Positions 17,681 through 23,303 of a DNA stretch of 25,011 nt are shown here, piece after piece (position 1 is the stretch's first letter; each line of letters opens with the position of its first letter). This DNA comes from a virus (Duplodnaviria; Caudoviricetes). The stretch lies in IMG/VR virus record IMGVR_UViG_3300031689_000051, positions 1-25,011 of that record; one strand, written 5' to 3'. The position numbers were made by a program, and so were the translations under genes. The notes below the pieces were generated by a model. That model was given only the letters and a program-made list of their open reading frames with translations. It was not told where the DNA came from and made no database searches.

Positions 17681-18072
17681 TAGTAACCGATAATTCGGAT
17701 ACGAATAGTCATTGAATTGACTGCTGTATCTGCACTATCTAGTTCCTCAAGGGCTACAACGGTTGCTGTAGAGCTTGTTGGAGTATGTCCGAAACATTTT
17801 ATCTTACCAGTTGCTGCTGCACCTGCTGCTGCTGGTACGTACTGTAAAAGTAGACCTTTATTGCAGTGGAGGATTTGTGCTCCAATTACAGTACTGATTC
17901 TACTTCCTAAAGAAAGATCAACTACATTACCATTAGTAGCATACCCATCGGATGCACCATAGGTGACATCGACAATGGTCGACTTTAACTTAGAAGTCAG
18001 TTCTGCTTGGATAGATAGTGTCTTTCCTGTAAGACTTTTATGGTCGGCATTTTGTACAATTGCTATTGCCAT
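17680..18072 (-). CDS. Putative capsid decoration/cement protein
   Basis: 130 aa, beta-rich, directly after the capsid gene, with its own promoter and terminator. Function inferred from position. Confidence 0.55.
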   Translation of the reverse strand: MAIAIVQNADHKSLTGKTLSIQAELTSKLKSTIVDVTYGASDGYATNGNVVDLSLGSRISTVIGAQILHCNKGLLLQYVPAAAGAAATGKIKCFGHTPTSSTATVVALEELDSADTAVNSMTIRIRIIGY

Positions 18073-18094
18073 AAGGAAATGTATGAACCCCTAA

Positions 18095-18103
18095 TATATA
18101 AAG
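18095..18103 (-). promoter_or_regulatory. Archaeal TATA box for 17680..18072
   Basis: CTTTATATA ending 22 nt before the ATG at 18072. Confidence 0.8.
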
Positions 18104-18109
18104 TTAATA

Positions 18110-18132
18110 TAAAAAAAGGGGTAAAAAGAGGG
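18110..18132 (-). terminator. Pyrimidine/oligo(T) terminator after the capsid gene
   Basis: CCCTCTTTTTACCCCTTTTTTTA downstream of the stop with no hairpin, as in archaeal terminators. Confidence 0.7.
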
Positions 18133-18141
18133 TTGGTATGA

Positions 18142-19359
18142 CTAGAGTTTAATATCTCTGATCTTACCTTGTGATTTGAAATGGCGACAAACTGTCTCAC
18201 CCATTGTTCTGAACACACCTTTTTCTACAAAAGCATTGTTCACGAATGGATAGCCAGCAGATCTTCTAGTTGCTTCGTAATACTCGGTTGGTATAGCCAC
18301 TTGTATTCCGATTCTTGGATAACCATATCCTTCTGCATCAGATGTATCTAATGCAAAGAGTCTTCCAACTTCAGTTGAACCATTAGATGGTGCATCTTTT
18401 GTTGGAATAAATGGAATTCCATAGATAGAGTCGACATGAATACCAGTACCAGTTCCTTTGAAGGTCTGGATACCGTTTACGTCTACCTGAACTAATTGCT
18501 CACCGTATGGGTTTGCAATACGGACACTTGGCATGTATAAGCCTTGTATCTCAGAGTAGACTTCATGGGAGCCTAGGAATACATTTGGATCTTTACCTGC
18601 TGCGATTCTAATCTTTCTTAAGAAAGTTCTTAAGACATCGTCAGTAAGTACACCGTCGGTACCGATAGTACCAGAAGCAGATTCTACTGTACAGTCAAAT
18701 TCTCCACCGTTTCCATCTCTGTCAACGGTAGCATCAGCAGCCCATGGATCGTAAAATCCTGAGTGGTTTCCACCTAGTGCATCTTCCTCTGCATCACTTG
18801 ATACGATTCTATCAAGGGATTCAAAGTCTTGTGTACCAGTATGAGCACCACTTGAACCTGCTGCATCGCTTTCAACATCGGCTAAAAGCATTCTATTAAT
18901 GAACTCTTTGTGTTGTACTGCCATATACAATCTAAGTGAACCAAGTCCACCCCAAATGTCGTCTTTTGAATGAGTTGATAGCCACTCCATAACTTCACTT
19001 GCACTGAATGGCAATTGAGCGGTTTTTGGTTTGACATCTAATTCTGCGACTGTTGGTTTGATTGTTTCAGCAATTAATCCACCTTCACTTGTACCACCTA
19101 GGGCGGTATTTGCGTTGGTTGTATTAAGTACTGGTTTTGCAGTTATAACTCTCCATCCAGATTTATCCCAAGGGTATTTTGGGAGGATTCCGAATGCGTT
19201 TGCTTCCAGATTCAGTTGAGCCCATGCATAAGCACCAAAGATGGCGTTAAACATACCAGCAGTACTGGTTGTTGAAGGGGCATCAGCTTTTCTAAGAAGG
19301 TTACGATTGTGTCCATAATATTGTGCCTCAAGCTCGTCGATTGTTCGTATTTGAGTCAT
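18142..19359 (-). CDS. Major capsid protein (HK97 fold)
   Basis: 405 aa after protease-scaffold; AWAQLNLEANAFGILPKYPWDKSGWRV, DFESLDRI, IYGIPFIP, GETVCRHFKSQGKIRDI resemble capsid proteins of archaeal tailed viruses (from recollection). Confidence 0.92.
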   Translation of the reverse strand: MTQIRTIDELEAQYYGHNRNLLRKADAPSTTSTAGMFNAIFGAYAWAQLNLEANAFGILPKYPWDKSGWRVITAKPVLNTTNANTALGGTSEGGLIAETIKPTVAELDVKPKTAQLPFSASEVMEWLSTHSKDDIWGGLGSLRLYMAVQHKEFINRMLLADVESDAAGSSGAHTGTQDFESLDRIVSSDAEEDALGGNHSGFYDPWAADATVDRDGNGGEFDCTVESASGTIGTDGVLTDDVLRTFLRKIRIAAGKDPNVFLGSHEVYSEIQGLYMPSVRIANPYGEQLVQVDVNGIQTFKGTGTGIHVDSIYGIPFIPTKDAPSNGSTEVGRLFALDTSDAEGYGYPRIGIQVAIPTEYYEATRRSAGYPFVNNAFVEKGVFRTMGETVCRHFKSQGKIRDIKL

Positions 19360-19361
19360 TT

Positions 19362-20960
19362 TTAGTATGTTCCTACTTCGTCAGGTGTTGGAGTATAATA
19401 CTTGCCAGCTAGAATGTTTCTTGCTACTACACTTAGATTTCCACCTTCTCTTGCATCTTTCAAAACATATGACATATCAGATTCTGCTGATTTGTTTATT
19501 GAGTTGATTGCTGCACTAGGTCTTGGAGTCTCGGTAGTAAAGTCGAAATTAGATTTCTCTTGCATTTTCAATCCAGATGGATCGGTTTTTGGTTTATCTT
19601 CACCAGATTTATCATCATCTAATCCTGCTTGCACAGAGTTTGATTGATATGTATCTGGGACTATAACCTTTGCACCAACGTCTTCGGTTGCTGAAACACT
19701 TGGTTTCAACGGTAAGTCTGTTGGGGTTTCCAATGCTTTCAATCTACTATCAATACCTACTAATGTAGAACTAACGTCTTTTTGAGTTTCTGCGAGTGAC
19801 TTTATAACGTCAGTTAATGTACTGATGTTTGATTTGATTGCTTCTTGGAAATCAGATTTCTCTACTTCGTTGTAGCTTTCATCTTGTTTGGATTCTGTAT
19901 TGTTTTCCATATCCTTATCAGATTCTTTTGTTTCCGAGTTTATATAGTTTTCGTTATCTTTATTATCTTCATCTTTATCATCTTCTTCCTTCTCTTTTGG
20001 TACACCTTGTCCACCTAGTTGATTATTACCTGCTTCTGTTTGAATGCCTGATTTTTTAGTATCTTCATCCTTTTCCTCCTCATCTTCATCCTTTTCCTCC
20101 TCTTCTTTTACTTCTGTAACCTGTGTTGATTCTGAATTAGTATACTCTTTACCACTACTTCTAATACCACTGTTTAATTGTAAACCCTTTTCTACTTTAT
20201 CATCATCTTCCTTTTCTTCCTCTTTCTTCTCTTCTTTTTCTTGTACTTTTATCTCTACATCACTATCGTCATTAATAGGAGATGATTCCCTGGTTGATGA
20301 TTTCTCAGAATCATTGTTGTATAAGTTGGTTCTATCACCATCTGCGTTTGAAAAGTCTTCGGCTTTCTCAACAGTACAACCAAATTTATCACATTTGATC
20401 ACCATTTTACCGTCTTCTCTAACCTCAACATTGTCAGTTATGGCTTTTGCAAGTGGATTATAATCTGTAATTAATGCTAATGGAACTGCTGGATCTTTAC
20501 AAACTGCTACTTCGTAGTGTTCTAAACTTTTTAATTCATATGCAACACTACCATCTTTCATGATTTTTGGTGTTCTATCTGCTTTAGTAGCCCCCCCAAA
20601 TGATAGTCCTTTGTACTCTCCACTCTTAATTTTACTCCAAATTTCATCATCTAAATGATAGTCTTTGTGTATTTTACCTGTAATTTTAATTGCTGGATAC
20701 TCTTCTCCATCAACACTTTTGTAAACTGTTTTAGCATAACTGATACCTTTACCTATAATTCTGTTACTATGAGTATCACTGATTGGTGCTCCTCTGTCCA
20801 TCCAAATTGGAAGAACCTTGATTAATTCATCAACAATAGTAATCTCTCCTTGTTTATCTTTAACTTGAACTGTAAGATAACCTTCAAAGAATCGTTGATC
20901 TCCGCCTATAGGATGTAGGTCTTTTGTGACAAATTGGTTGAAAAAGATGTCATTATCCAT
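19362..20960 (-). CDS. Prohead maturation protease fused to an acidic linker and scaffold domain
   Basis: HK97-type protease motifs FEGY...DKQGE, DTHSN (His), YKGLSFGG (Ser), YEVAVC..PA; long D/E/K-rich linker; coiled-coil ISTLTDVIKSLAETQKDV...RLKALE. Confidence 0.88.
   Translation of the reverse strand: MDNDIFFNQFVTKDLHPIGGDQRFFEGYLTVQVKDKQGEITIVDELIKVLPIWMDRGAPISDTHSNRIIGKGISYAKTVYKSVDGEEYPAIKITGKIHKDYHLDDEIWSKIKSGEYKGLSFGGATKADRTPKIMKDGSVAYELKSLEHYEVAVCKDPAVPLALITDYNPLAKAITDNVEVREDGKMVIKCDKFGCTVEKAEDFSNADGDRTNLYNNDSEKSSTRESSPINDDSDVEIKVQEKEEKKEEEKEDDDKVEKGLQLNSGIRSSGKEYTNSESTQVTEVKEEEEKDEDEEEKDEDTKKSGIQTEAGNNQLGGQGVPKEKEEDDKDEDNKDNENYINSETKESDKDMENNTESKQDESYNEVEKSDFQEAIKSNISTLTDVIKSLAETQKDVSSTLVGIDSRLKALETPTDLPLKPSVSATEDVGAKVIVPDTYQSNSVQAGLDDDKSGEDKPKTDPSGLKMQEKSNFDFTTETPRPSAAINSINKSAESDMSYVLKDAREGGNLSVVARNILAGKYYTPTPDEVGTY
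19939..19953 (-). promoter_or_regulatory. Candidate internal BRE/TATA for a nested scaffold (19362..19910) and the capsid gene
   Basis: CGAAAA-C-TATATAAA inside the protease ORF, ending 28 nt before the in-frame ATG at 19910, which is preceded by AAGGAT. Confidence 0.55.
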
Positions 20961-20982
20961 TATATAATAATTCGATACATTA

Positions 20983-20991
20983 CTTATAAAG
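20983..20991 (-). promoter_or_regulatory. Archaeal TATA box for the protease
   Basis: CTTTATAAG ending 22 nt before the ATG at 20960. Confidence 0.75.
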
Positions 20992-20995
20992 TTTT

Positions 20996-21016
20996 AGAAA
21001 AATGGAGAAAGGAATA
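20996..21016 (-). terminator. Candidate pyrimidine-rich terminator
   Basis: ATTCCTTTCTCCATTTTTCT follows the stop at 21038. Confidence 0.45.
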
Positions 21017-21037
21017 GTAAGTTGTTTAAAGATCTTA

Positions 21038-21301
21038 CTAAACGGTTTTTTTTGCTTTTGAGACAGCGAAATCTACTGCGAAACCAACAGATAGACCGAT
21101 TAATACGGTTTCCGTAATTCCTAGACTTCCTACGCTCAAAGTTTGTGCAACTGCGATTCCTGCAAATGAAGCTACAATTAAAGCACCAATGAGTTTCTTA
21201 ACTGAATAAGATTCCCCTGTTGCTCCTAAATAACCTCTAACGGTATTTAGTGCTGCTCCACATATTACAGAGAGTGTTGCGATCAATAATGGATCAATCA
21301 T
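21038..21301 (-). CDS. Small membrane protein, holin-like (start re-assigned to 21301)
   Basis: Three hydrophobic segments and basic C-terminus KAKKTV; the ATG at 21301 fits TATA spacing, the GTG at 21319 does not. Confidence 0.6.
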   Translation of the reverse strand: MIDPLLIATLSVICGAALNTVRGYLGATGESYSVKKLIGALIVASFAGIAVAQTLSVGSLGITETVLIGLSVGFAVDFAVSKAKKTV

Positions 21302-21322
21302 ACATGAATCGTAATTCACCTA

Positions 21323-21331
21323 TATTTAAGG
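21323..21331 (-). promoter_or_regulatory. Archaeal TATA box for the holin-like gene
   Basis: CCTTAAATA ending 21 nt before the ATG at 21301. Confidence 0.65.
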
Positions 21332-21332
21332 T

Positions 21333-21419
21333 TTATTCATCATCTTCATCTTTCTCAGAGCATAGTGGGCACAGATGCTCACATAATGTTTGTAAAAATG
21401 TTTTATCTTGATTTACCAT
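21333..21419 (-). CDS. 28-aa Cys-rich acidic-tailed microprotein (MVNQDKTFLQTLCEHLCPLCSEKDEDDE)
   Basis: Hand-translated; overlaps the 3' end of 21403..21618, has GGAG just upstream, and stops right at the next TATA box. Confidence 0.6.
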   Translation of the reverse strand: MVNQDKTFLQTLCEHLCPLCSEKDEDDE

Positions 21420-21618
21420 ATTTCTCCAACTCTCTAGATATTGTCAATCCCGTGACAAATACTGACGAAATTAGTGCAATAATAATAGTCTGTTCTAACG
21501 TTAATCCTATATCAAATATGGTTTCTGCTATATTACCTGATACTAATGGTGAGAAAAAGGATACTCCAAAGTTACCAAAGATCCTTGCACAAGCTTTATT
21601 AACTCTCTTGGAAGCCAT
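21403..21618 (-). CDS. 71-aa membrane protein with 1-2 hydrophobic segments
   Basis: IFGNFGVSFFSPLV and IIIALISSVFVTGLTI; own TATA box. Confidence 0.7.
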   Translation of the reverse strand: MASKRVNKACARIFGNFGVSFFSPLVSGNIAETIFDIGLTLEQTIIIALISSVFVTGLTISRELEKYGKSR

Positions 21619-21639
21619 ATAAATACATATATAGTAAAG

Positions 21640-21648
21640 TATATAAAT
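21640..21648 (-). promoter_or_regulatory. Archaeal TATA box for 21403..21618
   Basis: ATTTATATA ending 21 nt before the ATG at 21618. Confidence 0.75.
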
Positions 21649-21661
21649 TAACGTGTTATTG

Positions 21662-21865
21662 TTATTTATCGTATGTAGGCGTTAACATTTTACTTTCTAT
21701 CATCTCTAATAATATCATAGGATCACCATTAATCTTTTTAATAAATTCATCATCTCCTCCAGAAGTACCAGTAAATCGTCCACATTTGAAACATATTGAC
21801 AAATCATGTACTCCATCAGTATAATTATATACATTCATTTTACAACCTTCACACGTCTTTACCAT
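21662..21865 (-). CDS. 67-aa zinc-ribbon protein
   Basis: CEGC...CFKC. Confidence 0.75.
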   Translation of the reverse strand: MVKTCEGCKMNVYNYTDGVHDLSICFKCGRFTGTSGGDDEFIKKINGDPMILLEMIESKMLTPTYDK

Positions 21866-21884
21866 GATGAGTTGACTAACAAGG

Positions 21885-21894
21885 CTTTATAAAT
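21885..21894. promoter_or_regulatory. Bidirectional palindromic TATA box
   Basis: TTTATAAA at 21886-21893 is 20 nt from the minus-strand ATG at 21865 and 21 nt from the plus-strand ATG at 21915. Confidence 0.7.
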
Positions 21895-21914
21895 AAGTAT
21901 TGCTGCATAAAAAT

Positions 21915-22349
21915 ATGGCTACATCAATATACATATTTGACAGTGACCAGATGTTTAAAGCTGTTTATAGGGAACATATGGATGATGTTGAATATAAGAT
22001 GCCTCTCATAGACTTGTATGTGAAAGGAGAGAGATTATGGGTTGTAACAAATTCCAACGATATGAAAGAACAACCAAGATTAACTAGAAGTATTGTACAT
22101 TTCAGAAAAGATAATGCAAAGGATTTTACAGATGGAGATGAGAAATTAGTTATACATGGTAAGATTAGATATAATGAGAAAAGAAATCAATTAGAGTTCT
22201 TTCCAAGATTTCTGAGAAAGCCTCTATTAAGCATGAGAGTAGGCAGATATTATGGATTAAAGGCAGGAAAGTGTAACATAGATTACGATAAACGTTACTA
22301 TGACTTTAAGAATGACCGTATGATATTCATTTTGGAGAGTAAAGAATGA
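21915..22349 (+). CDS. 144-aa hypothetical protein (start re-assigned from 21900 to 21915)
   Basis: Not shadowing a minus-strand gene; ATG fits TATA spacing; basic, aromatic, beta-rich; family not recognised. Confidence 0.8.
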   Translation: MATSIYIFDSDQMFKAVYREHMDDVEYKMPLIDLYVKGERLWVVTNSNDMKEQPRLTRSIVHFRKDNAKDFTDGDEKLVIHGKIRYNEKRNQLEFFPRFLRKPLLSMRVGRYYGLKAGKCNIDYDKRYYDFKNDRMIFILESKE

Positions 22350-22516
22350 AATTTGATTTTATATTGGGTGAAGTAGAGGAATTATTAGAGGTCACTAACA
22401 TAAAATTGAGTAATATTGAAACATTATTGGAAATGATACTAACTCCACCAGATTTAGTTGCATATATGAAGAAAAAACAACACGTTAAGAAGAAACCTAT
22501 CGACGATTCCCTTTAG
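22346..22516 (+). CDS. 56-aa protein with a leucine-zipper-like segment and basic tail (MKFDFILGEVEELLEVTNIKLSNIETLLEMILTPPDLVAYMKKKQHVKKKPIDDSL)
   Basis: Hand-translated; ATGA overlap with the upstream stop; GGAG upstream; Leu at 7, 14, 21 and 28. Confidence 0.75.
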   Translation: MKFDFILGEVEELLEVTNIKLSNIETLLEMILTPPDLVAYMKKKQHVKKKPIDDSL

Positions 22517-22943
22517 TATAGCCACCCATTATCTTTTTCCAATCTTTACCGTGTTTTTTACGCATTGAAATCCAAAATGGATCTGTTTTCATGAAACCAC
22601 CTTTCTGATTGTACTCTTTTGTGACTTTGGCAATTCTTTTATGACATGTATTGCAAAATCTACCGTTAACTTGTTCAATATGGAACTTGTATGAATTACA
22701 AAAGAAGCATAGACCATAATATTTGTCACAAACCTTTGCTAGGAGGGGTTCACGACCTTTTTTACCTGCACAGTCACCACAAATATCTGCAATCGTTGCT
22801 GCTGCAACGTCAACCTTCATACAACCAAGACAAACTGCCTCTTTATAGTTAGATACCTTGGTAAATTCGTCACCTTGATGCCTTTCCCAAAGCTTCTTGG
22901 TCATGTCGTTTGCGTTTTCGTTAGTATTTAGTTCAGTTGGCAA
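22497..22943 (-). CDS. 148-aa multi-zinc-finger protein
   Basis: Four CxxC pairs (CLGC, CGDC, CFFC, CNTC) and a basic C-terminus. Confidence 0.8.
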   Translation of the reverse strand: MPTELNTNENANDMTKKLWERHQGDEFTKVSNYKEAVCLGCMKVDVAAATIADICGDCAGKKGREPLLAKVCDKYYGLCFFCNSYKFHIEQVNGRFCNTCHKRIAKVTKEYNQKGGFMKTDPFWISMRKKHGKDWKKIMGGYTKGNRR

Positions 22944-23211
22944 TATCTTTTTGTAATTTCCTTAAGTTTATAAGTGTTTTCTCTAGAACTTTGTTAGTTT
23001 CAAGTGAATTATCAATTGAGTCAACCATGTCTATGATTTTCCAAATAACTTCTATCTTTGCTGGGTTTGGTTTTACAGTTGAGAGGTCAGCCATCTGTCC
23101 AGTGATCTCTTTTGCAACTTTTTTAGGGGAAATTATTTTTATTTTCTTAACTTTGGGTTTTTCCTCTGGGTGTTTGCAAGTTTCATCGCACTTGTGGAAT
23201 CTTTTAGTCAT
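22933..23211 (-). CDS. 92-aa basic hypothetical protein
   Basis: HKCDETCKH N-terminus, Lys-rich linker, helical C-terminus; overlaps both neighbours. Confidence 0.7.
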   Translation of the reverse strand: MTKRFHKCDETCKHPEEKPKVKKIKIISPKKVAKEITGQMADLSTVKPNPAKIEVIWKIIDMVDSIDNSLETNKVLEKTLINLRKLQKDIAN

Positions 23212-23303
23212 TCTTCTTCATCCTCTTCTACGAAACCTTTAGTAACATAAAACACAACTTTCTTTGGACTACATTTACCGTCATTACAGTAGACTTTGGT
23301 CAT
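23208..23303 (-). CDS. 31-aa microprotein (MTKVYCNDGKCSPKKVVFYVTKGFVEEDEEE)
   Basis: Hand-translated; ATGA overlaps at both ends (portal stop and the 23211 start). Confidence 0.75.
   Translation of the reverse strand: MTKVYCNDGKCSPKKVVFYVTKGFVEEDEEE

Noticed and set aside
19960-20260. Purine/pyrimidine-skewed repeats such as tcttcatccttttcctcc twice
   Set aside because: Explained by the Glu/Asp/Lys-rich linker of the protease-scaffold protein.
1838-21622. Plus-strand ORFs in the track (e.g. 2446..2862, 3900..4133, 5842..6375, 12663..13109, 20044..20463, 21365..21622)
   Set aside because: They are antisense shadows of well-supported minus-strand genes; poly-Pro and poly-Ser stretches mirror Gly and Glu/Asp codons.
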